A stretch of 64,000 nt of DNA from an uncultured virus (IMG/VR IMGVR_UViG_3300030109_004479) (lineage: Duplodnaviria; Heunggongvirae; Uroviricota; Caudoviricetes): IMG/VR virus record IMGVR_UViG_3300030109_004479, positions 1-64,000 of that record, one strand, 5' to 3'. Each line of letters starts with the position of its first letter. Position 1 is the first letter of the stretch. This document shows positions 40,562-48,840 of the stretch, piece after piece. The position numbers and the translations under genes are program-made. The notes below the pieces were generated by a model, which made no database searches, had not been told where the DNA came from, and was given only the letters and a program-made list of their open reading frames with translations.

Positions 40562-40682
40562 AAACAGAAGGGGGTGGGGGGTCAGAAAGCTTTAATATAT
40601 AGTGCTCACAGTTTCTACTGTACAGTGGAAAGTGTGAGAGGACTAAAGAAGAGTTATATATAAGGGGGGTACCCCCCTAAAA
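40562..40682. repeat. Dispersed ~125-bp palindromic element, copy 2
   Basis: Homologous to 16022-16149; near-palindrome at 40605-40638 centred on CTGTACAG. Confidence 0.85.
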
Positions 40683-40684
40683 CT

Positions 40685-41128
40685 ATGAAGAAACAAATAC
40701 CATACGCTAAGAAGTACGAGATAAACGAAGAGCACGACATATTTAACAATGGTAAGCTTTTAAAACCTTCCGTTAAAAATGGTGTGTCCTATGTAAACTT
40801 GTACTGTGATGACGGGTCACGGAGATACCTTAAGGCTTCTAAATTGGCCGAGGACACGTTTAAACCAAAAAAGAGGACAATCACATCAGACATCATCTTA
40901 AACAAGATGGGAGCAAAACTAATCCCTCTTTGGGAGAGGTACGCCATTACTGATTACGGAGCCGTGTTTTGTGTAGACCCTCCCAAGAGGGGGAAAGGAG
41001 CGAACGAGTGTTTCATGGTTAAACAAAGATTTATACGAGACACACCATATGTAACCCTGCATAGTTTTTCGGGAGACAGGAAAACAATAAAGGTGGATGA
41101 CTTGATGAAAGAGGCGTGGGATTATTAG
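40685..41128 (+). CDS. Tandem NUMOD4-like domain protein without an HNH domain
   Basis: IPYAKKYEINE...LKP...YVNLY...KLAEDTF and IPLWERYAITDYG...YVTLH...DLMKEAW; no HNH motif seen. Confidence 0.6.
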   Translation: MKKQIPYAKKYEINEEHDIFNNGKLLKPSVKNGVSYVNLYCDDGSRRYLKASKLAEDTFKPKKRTITSDIILNKMGAKLIPLWERYAITDYGAVFCVDPPKRGKGANECFMVKQRFIRDTPYVTLHSFSGDRKTIKVDDLMKEAWDY

Positions 41129-41131
41129 ACC

Positions 41132-41160
41132 TTGCTGGGACTATTATTTAGATATAAATT
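41132..41160 (+). promoter_or_regulatory. Sigma70-like promoter for the portal gene, leaderless type
   Basis: TTGCTG-N17-TAAATT, 7 nt before ATG 41168. Confidence 0.5.
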
Positions 41161-41167
41161 TAAGCAC

Positions 41168-43381
41168 ATGTCTACAAAGTACGATATTGAAGCGTTAAAT
41201 GATTTAGGTTCTTTAGACGAAAAGGGAAAACCTGTTAAGTCTCGATTAAAAGATGTAAAGAGTGCCCTAGCTATTTTTAATAATTTATTAAAAGCGGATG
41301 AAAAGTCAGCAGTGAACCGTGCTCGTGTGGACGCAATGTTTGATGGGGCGAGTCCTTATAATCAGGGAACGTTAAATTCCAGCGGTCAGGGGTTAAAAAC
41401 AAATTTAAATTTTGGGGAGGCTCAGAGACTGCTTGATGTATCTCTTTCAGCGTACGTTGATTTATATTCGTCGTTAGAGAAACTTGTAGAAGTGAAGGGT
41501 ACGATGGGAGACCCTTCTGAGGTTGGGTATTTTGAAGATGTTGTTTCTGAAGAAATAACTCATTTATTGCGGAGTTGGCCTGAGTTTCACAGTAGTTATT
41601 TAAGACTGTGCACTACTTTTATTAAACACGGAGTCGCCTTTTCGTATTTTGACAATCCAGAAGAGTGGCGGTTTAAAGTAGGTTCTTTTGCTGATATTTT
41701 AATACCGAGGCAAACACCTGCTAATGAAAACTGTATTGATGTAGCAGTGGGCAGGAGAAACTATTTATTGCATGAATTGTATGCTTTTATTAAAAACCCT
41801 GAAGCAGCTGAAAAAGTAGGTTGGAATGTAGAAGAAGTAAAAAGAGTCATCCTTAAAAATGCTACTACTTCCTCAAGAAACTACAATACTGTTGGAAACA
41901 ACTGGGAAGCTTTACAAGCGCAATTAAAAAACAACGACATTTACGAAGGGCATCAGAATCCTACGGTAGCGGTGTTACATTATTGGGTGCGGGAAATGGA
42001 TGGAACTGTAAGTCATTATATTTCTGCGGAAGAGTCACCAAAGGATTTTATGTACCAAAAGTTAAGTAGGTATGACAAACCAGAGAGAGCATACGTTTTG
42101 TTCACATATGGAACAGGTAGTAATGGTACATACCATTCTATCAGGGGGTTAGGACATCGGATCTTTAACCACATTCAGACAAGTAATCGATTGCGTTGTC
42201 AGATGGTGGATGGAGCGATGTTGGGTTCGGCAGTTATGATTCAACCAGAGAGCCAGCGGGCGTTAGATGAATTAGGGTTCACTTATTATGGAGCATATGC
42301 CGTGCTCTCCCCCAATGTTAACATTATAGAAAAAGCTGCACCAAATTTAAGTACAGCTGTACAGCCAGCACTGAATGACATATCCAATCAGTTGGCAATG
42401 AACACTGATACCGTAAGCACTTACGGCCAGCAGAGTTCACCGTACAAGAATCAGATGCAGGTTGTAGCTGACATGGATGTACAGACTAGATTGTCAGGTG
42501 CATCCCTTAATCTGTTTTATGCATCATGGAATCGTTTATTGCGAGAAATTGTACGTAGAATAGTGAGTAGTAAGAAGAGGGACAGGGATCTTGATGATTT
42601 TTACACTAGATGTTTTAATAGAGGGGTTCCCGTTGAGTTTGTTAAGTCTTTAGACCTAGATAGAACGAAAGCTGTTAGGTCTATAGGTAATGGTTCTTAT
42701 GCAAATAGATTGGTAGCTCTTAGGGAGTTACAAGCAATTTCAGGTTCTTTTGATGAAGTTGGTCGTAAAAATCTTACTCGTGACATTGTAGCTACTCGTG
42801 TAGGACATGACCTAGCTGACAGGTATGCGCCAAACGTGGAAGTAGATAGGGAAACTGTAGATAACAAGATAGCTATATTGGAAAACCAACAACTTTCTGA
42901 GGGAACACCAATCCCTGTTATTTCAAATGAAATGCATGGAGCTCATTTACAAATTCACGCACCTGCTTTGATGCAGATAATAGAGCAACTTAACGCAGGA
43001 GCCGCAGACCCAGTCTCGTCTTTACCAGCCTTGCAATCTTATTATCAACATATTTCTGAAACGGTGCAGCAGCTTGCGGGCGACCCTGCTGCCGAAGGGT
43101 TAATTGGAGAAACTAAACAAGTTTTACAGTTTGCTGAAGAGATGATTAATAACACATCTAAACAAGTTCAAAAGATGCAAAGAGAAGCAGCTCAGTCGCA
43201 AGGGCAAGAATCTGAAGGAGGAGGCGAGATGCAGACTAAAATTCAAGAGCATCAGTTAAAGATGCAAATGGCTCGTGAGAAAGCCAATTTGGACTTAGAG
43301 CTTAAGAAAGCTAAGTTTGAGCAAGAGCAAGCTATGAGAGATGCAGAAAATGTCTTGAAAATGCAACAGGATATGGCATAA
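41168..43381 (+). CDS. Portal (head-tail connector) protein
   Basis: ~740 aa, Q/E-rich helical C-terminal barrel, upstream of scaffold and capsid genes; assigned from synteny and composition. Confidence 0.7.
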   Translation: MSTKYDIEALNDLGSLDEKGKPVKSRLKDVKSALAIFNNLLKADEKSAVNRARVDAMFDGASPYNQGTLNSSGQGLKTNLNFGEAQRLLDVSLSAYVDLYSSLEKLVEVKGTMGDPSEVGYFEDVVSEEITHLLRSWPEFHSSYLRLCTTFIKHGVAFSYFDNPEEWRFKVGSFADILIPRQTPANENCIDVAVGRRNYLLHELYAFIKNPEAAEKVGWNVEEVKRVILKNATTSSRNYNTVGNNWEALQAQLKNNDIYEGHQNPTVAVLHYWVREMDGTVSHYISAEESPKDFMYQKLSRYDKPERAYVLFTYGTGSNGTYHSIRGLGHRIFNHIQTSNRLRCQMVDGAMLGSAVMIQPESQRALDELGFTYYGAYAVLSPNVNIIEKAAPNLSTAVQPALNDISNQLAMNTDTVSTYGQQSSPYKNQMQVVADMDVQTRLSGASLNLFYASWNRLLREIVRRIVSSKKRDRDLDDFYTRCFNRGVPVEFVKSLDLDRTKAVRSIGNGSYANRLVALRELQAISGSFDEVGRKNLTRDIVATRVGHDLADRYAPNVEVDRETVDNKIAILENQQLSEGTPIPVISNEMHGAHLQIHAPALMQIIEQLNAGAADPVSSLPALQSYYQHISETVQQLAGDPAAEGLIGETKQVLQFAEEMINNTSKQVQKMQREAAQSQGQESEGGGEMQTKIQEHQLKMQMAREKANLDLELKKAKFEQEQAMRDAENVLKMQQDMA

Positions 43382-43388
43382 GTCATAA

Positions 43389-43715
43389 GTGGCTAATAAA
43401 AAAGTAACATCTAGAAAAATAATTTCCCTTCCTATACCATTAGATTTATGGTTTAAGGATGTCAAAAAAGTTGAAGAGTTGCGTGAAATCTTGGGATCTG
43501 AGGCTTTGCAGACGGCAATTGCTATACTCAAAGAAATTTCAGGCCCCACCAACGGAGGAATTGGTTCCGACCCAGTTACAACTAGTCAACGTTACGCTTG
43601 GAGCGCAGGGTACCGTGACGCTTTCAATGATCTCTATAAGTTAACTAAATATAGAACTGAAAATAAAACACAAGTACAGGAAGAATGGAAACACATTCAG
43701 ATACAACAACAATAG
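43389..43715 (+). CDS. Hypothetical head-module protein
   Basis: 108-aa ORF between portal and scaffold. Confidence 0.6.
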   Translation: MANKKVTSRKIISLPIPLDLWFKDVKKVEELREILGSEALQTAIAILKEISGPTNGGIGSDPVTTSQRYAWSAGYRDAFNDLYKLTKYRTENKTQVQEEWKHIQIQQQ

Positions 43716-44848
43716 ACGGGCCCACAACAATAGAAAACATTCCAGACCAAAATAATGGGTCTGAGGATGCTTCTTTTTTTGATGCAATAGAACAAGCTCT
43801 AACGGGAGCTAGTGAGGATCAACCCCAGCTAGAGGCCCCGCCAGAGCCAGAAGCCCAGCCAGAACAAGAGGCCCAGCCTGAATCAAAAGAAACTGAAACA
43901 AAGTCAGAAGATTCAACCCCTGATCCTTTAGAAAGTTTGACTGAAGATGTAGGAGAAGAGTGGACTCCTAAGGCAGCTACTAGATTTAAACAATTAAAGA
44001 CTGAATTAAAAACAAATAGAAGCGAGCTCGAACAACTTCAACAAGCGGTAAAAGAAAAAGAACAACAAATTTCTGAAATGAAAGGTTTATCTGAGAATGA
44101 AGATTTTTCTCAGATGAAAGAAAAGCTAGCCGAATTTGAAAGACAACAATCTTTTAATGATTTAGAAAACACAGAAGCTTATAAAACAGCAGTCTCTGAG
44201 CCTTTGGAGGCTGTTTTTGATACTTTAAATATTTTGGCTGAAAAGTATGAAGTTGATCCTGATAATATTTTAGATGCTTTGGATATGGAGTCTATAGAAG
44301 AACAAGATGAAAAAATATCTGATATTTTTCATGGAGCCTCTGATAGAGATAAAGTTAAAATATTTAGAGCAATAGAAGAGATTGAACCTATTCTTGAAAA
44401 AAGAGAAGAACTTCACAAGAATGCAGAAGAAGCATTAGGAGAAGCTAAATTATTAGAAGAGGAGAAAAGTAATGCTATTGCAGCAGAGGAGTTAAAACAC
44501 AGACAAGCAGTTACTCAAAATGTAATAGACAGAGTGTCTGAAAAACTACCTTTTTTAAAGGGCCTTGAAGGAGTGGATATGGAAGCAATTAAAGAAAAAG
44601 CGTATGCAGAGTCGCCAAATGTAATACATCCTGTTGATTTTGCTTACAACTCTGTAGCTGCTCAATTGCTTCCTACTTTGATAAAGGAATATTTTCAAAC
44701 TGTAAAAGAAAATGATTCTCTTACAGATAGACTTGCTGACTATGAAACAGCGGAACCTAACATGTCTGGACAAGTTTCTGGTAGATCTGCTGCTAAAGAC
44801 AATTTAGATTTTGCTTCTGCAATTGAAGCAGCCCTTAGTGGGAACTAA
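43685..44848 (+). CDS. Putative capsid scaffolding protein
   Basis: Very acidic low-complexity N-terminus, RFKQLK coiled coil, position between portal and capsid. Confidence 0.65.
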   Translation: METHSDTTTIDGPTTIENIPDQNNGSEDASFFDAIEQALTGASEDQPQLEAPPEPEAQPEQEAQPESKETETKSEDSTPDPLESLTEDVGEEWTPKAATRFKQLKTELKTNRSELEQLQQAVKEKEQQISEMKGLSENEDFSQMKEKLAEFERQQSFNDLENTEAYKTAVSEPLEAVFDTLNILAEKYEVDPDNILDALDMESIEEQDEKISDIFHGASDRDKVKIFRAIEEIEPILEKREELHKNAEEALGEAKLLEEEKSNAIAAEELKHRQAVTQNVIDRVSEKLPFLKGLEGVDMEAIKEKAYAESPNVIHPVDFAYNSVAAQLLPTLIKEYFQTVKENDSLTDRLADYETAEPNMSGQVSGRSAAKDNLDFASAIEAALSGN

Positions 44849-44865
44849 CTAAACCAAACAAATAT

Positions 44866-45063
44866 ATGAAAAAAATTGCATTATTATTGTGTGTCATTCC
44901 AGTTCTATTCTGTGGTGTTTCTTGTAGTACATTAAACACTGGAGCAGGTATTAACGTACCTTTTACAGATAATGGCAGTGGAGAACCTGTGAAAGTCTCT
45001 TTAGAGGTTAACGCAAAAGTTCTTCCTCCTAAATTCTGTATAGGGTTAGATATAAAGGAATAG
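44866..45063 (+). CDS. Small lipoprotein
   Basis: MKK, hydrophobic stretch, lipobox-like GVSC. Confidence 0.6.
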   Translation: MKKIALLLCVIPVLFCGVSCSTLNTGAGINVPFTDNGSGEPVKVSLEVNAKVLPPKFCIGLDIKE

Positions 45064-45065
45064 AC

Positions 45066-45278
45066 ATGCCCTCCCCAGATTGGGAGCAACTGTATAGAGA
45101 GAAATCTTTAGATCTTATCCGTTGCAGGATAAGATGCTCTCTGTACAGGGAGGGAGTAGAAAAAACTTTATACCATTTAAAAAAATGGGGGTATAGCCCT
45201 CATGAATCTTTAAAGTCTCAACATTTAGCTGAGGACGGGGTGTGGAAGCGTATTGAAAACAAGCGATTGTCTCAATGA
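45066..45278 (+). CDS. Hypothetical protein
   Basis: 70-aa ORF in the operon. Confidence 0.45.
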   Translation: MPSPDWEQLYREKSLDLIRCRIRCSLYREGVEKTLYHLKKWGYSPHESLKSQHLAEDGVWKRIENKRLSQ

Positions 45279-45294
45279 AAAAATAGTATATATT
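45267..45294 (+). promoter_or_regulatory. Sigma70-like promoter, leaderless type
   Basis: TTGTCT-N16-TATATT, 6 nt before ATG 45301. Confidence 0.6.
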
Positions 45295-45300
45295 TAAAGC

Positions 45301-45606
45301 ATGGCTGAATTAAAAGGAGCAAAAAGAGTTTTAAAGCAAGCATTAAAGGATGCTAAAAATAAAAAACGCACAGCAAAAAAAGCCCGTAAGTACGAAAAGT
45401 CTGACCAATTTCGTGGGCCAAGAGATCCACGGTCTATGAAGATTAAGAAGAAAAACTTACCCTTTGAAATGGGTGGTAAACAAGGAAAACAAAGTCTTTC
45501 TGAAATAGATGCGGTTGAAGCAATGGGCAAAAGCAAACAAAAAACCCCTAAAAAGAAGGAACCTGTGCGTAGAAGATTAAGAGCAGACGACCCTAATGTA
45601 GATTAA
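45301..45606 (+). CDS. Lys/Arg-rich small protein
   Basis: 101 aa, highly basic. Confidence 0.65.
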   Translation: MAELKGAKRVLKQALKDAKNKKRTAKKARKYEKSDQFRGPRDPRSMKIKKKNLPFEMGGKQGKQSLSEIDAVEAMGKSKQKTPKKKEPVRRRLRADDPNVD

Positions 45607-45607
45607 G

Positions 45608-45916
45608 ATGGCAAAGAAGTTTAAAAGACTTGCCTCAGGAAAAATAAAGTATAGAGGAGAAACTTTTGCAGGTTTTAATAAACCTAAAACAACTCCTAGC
45701 CACCCTAAAAAAAGCCACATTGTTTTAGCTAAAAAAGGAGACAAAGTAAAAATTATTAGGTTTGGTCAAAAGGGAGCTAAAACAGCTGGCAAACCAAAAG
45801 CAGGTGAGTCTCGTAGAATGAAAATGAAACGTAAATCTTTTAAAGCAAGGCACGGGAAAAATATTAAAAAAGGAAAAATGTCAGCAGCTTATTGGGCTAA
45901 TAAAGTAAAATGGTAA
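45608..45916 (+). CDS. Conserved basic phage protein
   Basis: FNKPK.TP.HPKKSHIVLAK.GDKVK.IRFGQ.G...RKSFKARH...SAAYWANKVKW, recognised from aquatic phages. Confidence 0.75.
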   Translation: MAKKFKRLASGKIKYRGETFAGFNKPKTTPSHPKKSHIVLAKKGDKVKIIRFGQKGAKTAGKPKAGESRRMKMKRKSFKARHGKNIKKGKMSAAYWANKVKW

Positions 45917-45917
45917 T

Positions 45918-46109
45918 ATGAGTTTATACGAAAACATACACAAAAAAAGAAAAAGAATAAAAGCTGGGAGTGGAGAGAAGATGAGGAAACCTAACTCTAA
46001 AGGAGCTCCTTCAGCGCAAGATTTTAAAGATGCGGCAAAGACAGCTAAATATACAAAAGGACAAAAGAAAGAGTTGAAAGCAGCAAGTCGTAGATCAAGA
46101 AGGTCATGA
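45918..46109 (+). CDS. Conserved basic phage protein
   Basis: LYENIHKKRKRIKAGSGEKMRKP.SKGAP...FK.AAKTAK motif. Confidence 0.75.
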   Translation: MSLYENIHKKRKRIKAGSGEKMRKPNSKGAPSAQDFKDAAKTAKYTKGQKKELKAASRRSRRS

Positions 46110-46168
46110 GATATAATAAAACAAAAAAGCCAGTCAAGCCTAAGCCTAAGCCTAATACTAAGTACTAA
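46106..46168 (+). CDS. 20-aa Lys/Pro-rich peptide (not in the ORF track)
   Basis: MRYNKTKKPVKPKPKPNTKY; ATGA overlap upstream and 1-nt gap to the next ATG. Confidence 0.5.
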   Translation: MRYNKTKKPVKPKPKPNTKY

Positions 46169-46169
46169 A

Positions 46170-46337
46170 ATGAAGAAAGCTTTTAAAAAGCACATGATGT
46201 ACAAAGATGGTAAAGGTGTTATGGCTAACACTTATGAAGACCATCTTAAACTTAAGAAAAAAGGATATGGGCATAAGAAGCCTAAGTCTTTTACAGAAGC
46301 TGTCGAAGCTGGCTTAAAGAAAAAAAGTGGATACTAA
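46170..46337 (+). CDS. Basic 55-aa protein with FKxHMMY motif (not in the ORF track)
   Basis: MKKAFKKHMMYKDGKGVMANTYEDHLKLKKKGYGHKKPKSFTEAVEAGLKKKSGY. Confidence 0.7.
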   Translation: MKKAFKKHMMYKDGKGVMANTYEDHLKLKKKGYGHKKPKSFTEAVEAGLKKKSGY

Positions 46338-46620
46338 AACTATACTATCACTAGGGATAGGGCTTGTAGTACAAGCTGCGGGTATAGTGTGGTGGGCTTC
46401 TAAACTACAATCTGAAGTTCAGCACAACGATTTTCAAATACAGATGATCGCTAAAGATGTAAGCGAAAACTCAGAGTTTGTTAAACTTTGGCCCGCAGGT
46501 AAGTGGGGTTCTGGGTCACTACCTTCTGATGTTCGTCAAGATTTGAAGATAGGAATGCTAGAAATGGACATGGATAAAGTAATGTCAAAGTTGTATAACG
46601 GAGTACCAAAGGATCATTAA
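46327..46620 (+). CDS. Membrane-anchored coiled-coil protein
   Basis: N-terminal TM segment (LGIGLVVQAAGIVWWAS). Confidence 0.6.
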   Translation: MDTKTILSLGIGLVVQAAGIVWWASKLQSEVQHNDFQIQMIAKDVSENSEFVKLWPAGKWGSGSLPSDVRQDLKIGMLEMDMDKVMSKLYNGVPKDH

Positions 46621-46621
46621 T

Positions 46622-46990
46622 GTGAGATGGCTGTTAACAGCCCTGTTTTGTAGTATTGCCCCGTTACTTCAAGCAGACGATCATTGGGGAACTATACCAC
46701 CAGTACCTGATATAACTATAGAGCATGACATCTATAGTGGGTGGATAACACTTGGTTGGGTATCAGATTCTACTTTTGACCGTCCTATCTGGTATATAGT
46801 AGAAGTAAAACAGGTAGATCAAGATGGTGTTATAGACCCAGAGTTCCTTTGGCATAGGCCATTTGTACCAATACGTAGTAATTTCAACGAGTATATCTCG
46901 TTTAGATTACAATACAAAGATTCCAATGGAAAAATCTACGATTGGATAAGCTCAGAAATGTTTAGGGTCAGGGTAATGTGGGGGGCTTAA
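46622..46990 (+). CDS. Putative secreted beta-rich protein
   Basis: Signal-peptide-like N-terminus (…PLLQA|DD) and W/Y-rich beta-strand pattern. Confidence 0.5.
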   Translation: MRWLLTALFCSIAPLLQADDHWGTIPPVPDITIEHDIYSGWITLGWVSDSTFDRPIWYIVEVKQVDQDGVIDPEFLWHRPFVPIRSNFNEYISFRLQYKDSNGKIYDWISSEMFRVRVMWGA

Positions 46991-46999
46991 AATTCAAGG

Positions 47000-47028
47000 T
47001 TGCTTAAATATTTTAATAGGTTTATATT
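47000..47028 (+). promoter_or_regulatory. Sigma70-like promoter for the major capsid gene
   Basis: TTGCTT-N17-TATATT. Confidence 0.6.
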
Positions 47029-47039
47029 TTACCTGTCAC

Positions 47040-47204
47040 GGGTCGGTTGCTCTAGCCATTAATTAGTTCAGACCTAAAACGCACTAAGAATTTTGCGGTT
47101 GCTCTAGCCTTAAATAGTTCTAGTCAAGATTCAATTAACTTTGAAATAGACCACAATCCATCGATATGGAGTGGTCTGCCTTAACTTAACTTAACTTAAC
47201 TTAA
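47040..47204 (+). ncRNA. Candidate structured cis-regulatory leader of the capsid gene (tandem motif, hairpin, (CTTAA)5)
   Basis: CGGTTGCTCTAGCC at 47044 and 47096, each followed by TAGTTC and closed by a different outer stem; hairpin 47148-47177; CTTAA x5 at 47180-47204. Confidence 0.5.
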
Positions 47205-47223
47205 ATAATTAGAAACAAATAAA

Positions 47224-48543
47224 ATGGCCGCAGACTTCGGACTACCACACGATTTTGCAACAGATGCCTCCGCAGCAGTAGATACTGTTCTTACCCAAGA
47301 AGCGGGGCGAATTGGTGCAGATATTCACAAGGCAACTCTCCACACATCACCGTGGATTGACCTTATTAAACAAACAACCTTTCCAGAAGGAATGGGGTAT
47401 CAATTGAGTACACTTATTTATGACCGTGCTCTTCCACTATCTCCTATTAACAAGGACTTTACTGACTCTGGTATTAGTGTAGGTGTTGACTTTTCACCTA
47501 TCGGATCAACTCACGGAACTGCCGCTAATGGTATGTCTGCGAATCAGCAAGACCAGACTTTGTCTATAGGTACTGAGAAAGCAAGTGTTAACACTCTTGA
47601 CTTCACTAAAGTTCAAAAGAACTACAGCCTTGAGAGAGCTATCGTTGAGTCTCCACGAATTAACGTTGAGGAACTTCGCTACACTGCTCACAGAACTGAG
47701 CAACTTCGGGCTATTATGGATATTCTGAAAGAGTCTACCCGCCATTCGTGGGAAGAGCGTTACCGTGATGAGTATTCTAAGCTCTGCGACAACGTAGTTG
47801 AGTGTTCAGCCTCAGGCACAGCCACTACTACTAATCTTGAAGGAACGGTTCTTACCGCTATTAACGTAGATACTGGAAACAACGGTTGTGACATTGACGC
47901 TAATATCTCCAACAAGATTCTTGATGATATTTACTTCAAACTTGTTAGAGCTGGTGCTGGAGCAAACGCTTATGGCCGTGAGAATGGCCGCCCAGTGTTC
48001 TCCCTTGTTCTTTCGTCTGAAGCATCATATCAATTGATGACTGAAGCTGGATTCCGTGATGACGTGCGTTACAATAATGCTAAAGTTTCTGACCTCATTG
48101 CTCCATTAGGAGTTGAGAAGAGCTTTAGAGGTTTCTATCACTTGGTAGATGATCTTGCACCACGTTTCTCATTTAACGCTAGTACTGACAAACTGGAAAG
48201 AATTGATCCTTACACTGTTAGTGATACTACTGGTTCTGCAACGAACAAGGTTATTGTTAACACTGCTTACGATTCTGCCGACTTTGAAGCAGCTTACGTT
48301 CTCGTTGATAACGTGATGGAGTCTTTGATTCCTGCACCAATCACTAATGCTAACGGATTATCCTTTAATCCTGTTAACTACAAAGGTGAGTTCAAGTGGA
48401 CTAACATCCCTGATGTAACACTTAACCCAGACGGAACTATTGGTTTCTTCAGAGGTATTCTTGCTTCGGCTTCTAAGCCAATCAAGACTAACTTCGGGTA
48501 TGCCATATTGTTCAAGCGTACAAGTAGTACACCTGCTGCTTAA
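47224..48543 (+). CDS. Major capsid protein
   Basis: 439 aa; follows the scaffold; dedicated promoter and leader, downstream hairpins; codon usage suggests high expression. Confidence 0.75.
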   Translation: MAADFGLPHDFATDASAAVDTVLTQEAGRIGADIHKATLHTSPWIDLIKQTTFPEGMGYQLSTLIYDRALPLSPINKDFTDSGISVGVDFSPIGSTHGTAANGMSANQQDQTLSIGTEKASVNTLDFTKVQKNYSLERAIVESPRINVEELRYTAHRTEQLRAIMDILKESTRHSWEERYRDEYSKLCDNVVECSASGTATTTNLEGTVLTAINVDTGNNGCDIDANISNKILDDIYFKLVRAGAGANAYGRENGRPVFSLVLSSEASYQLMTEAGFRDDVRYNNAKVSDLIAPLGVEKSFRGFYHLVDDLAPRFSFNASTDKLERIDPYTVSDTTGSATNKVIVNTAYDSADFEAAYVLVDNVMESLIPAPITNANGLSFNPVNYKGEFKWTNIPDVTLNPDGTIGFFRGILASASKPIKTNFGYAILFKRTSSTPAA

Positions 48544-48550
48544 TTCTAAA

Positions 48551-48578
48551 GTGGGGTTCCCGTAAAAAGGAACCCCAC
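48551..48578 (+). terminator. Strong hairpin after the capsid gene (leaky terminator or stabiliser)
   Basis: GTGGGGTTCC-8 nt-GGAACCCCAC; no clear U tract. Confidence 0.6.
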
Positions 48579-48606
48579 ATAATATTAATTTTAACTATTA
48601 AAAATT

Positions 48607-48753
48607 ATGCCAACTTTAGATGATTCGCCTATATTAGAAATATTAACTTCTACTACTATGGCTGACGACGACCTTGTATTGGTCTATGATCAGTCAGAGC
48701 AAAAGATAAAAGCTATTACAATAGCTCAACTTAGAGTAGATATTAACGTCTAA
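48607..48753 (+). CDS. 48-aa putative capsid decoration/anchor protein (not in the ORF track)
   Basis: MPTLDDSPILEILTSTTMADDDLVLVYDQSEQKIKAITIAQLRVDINV; DD-LVLVYD-S...K-ITI motif recognised from virion accessory proteins. Confidence 0.6.
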   Translation: MPTLDDSPILEILTSTTMADDDLVLVYDQSEQKIKAITIAQLRVDINV

Positions 48754-48774
48754 CCTTAAAGGTTTACTATTCAC

Positions 48775-48821
48775 AATAATCCCCGATCCTCTTGATAAAG
48801 CAGGGGATCGGGGTTATTTTT
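48775..48821 (+). terminator. Intrinsic terminator
   Basis: ATCCCCGATCCTCT-loop-AGGGGATCGGGGT followed by TATTTTT. Confidence 0.8.
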
Positions 48822-48840
48822 GTACAACCAATTATTTATT

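Noticed and set aside
47044..47120. Mini-CRISPR array
   Set aside because: Only two short repeats (14 nt identical) and no cas operon; the DUF2800/Cas4-like gene is a common replication-block nuclease
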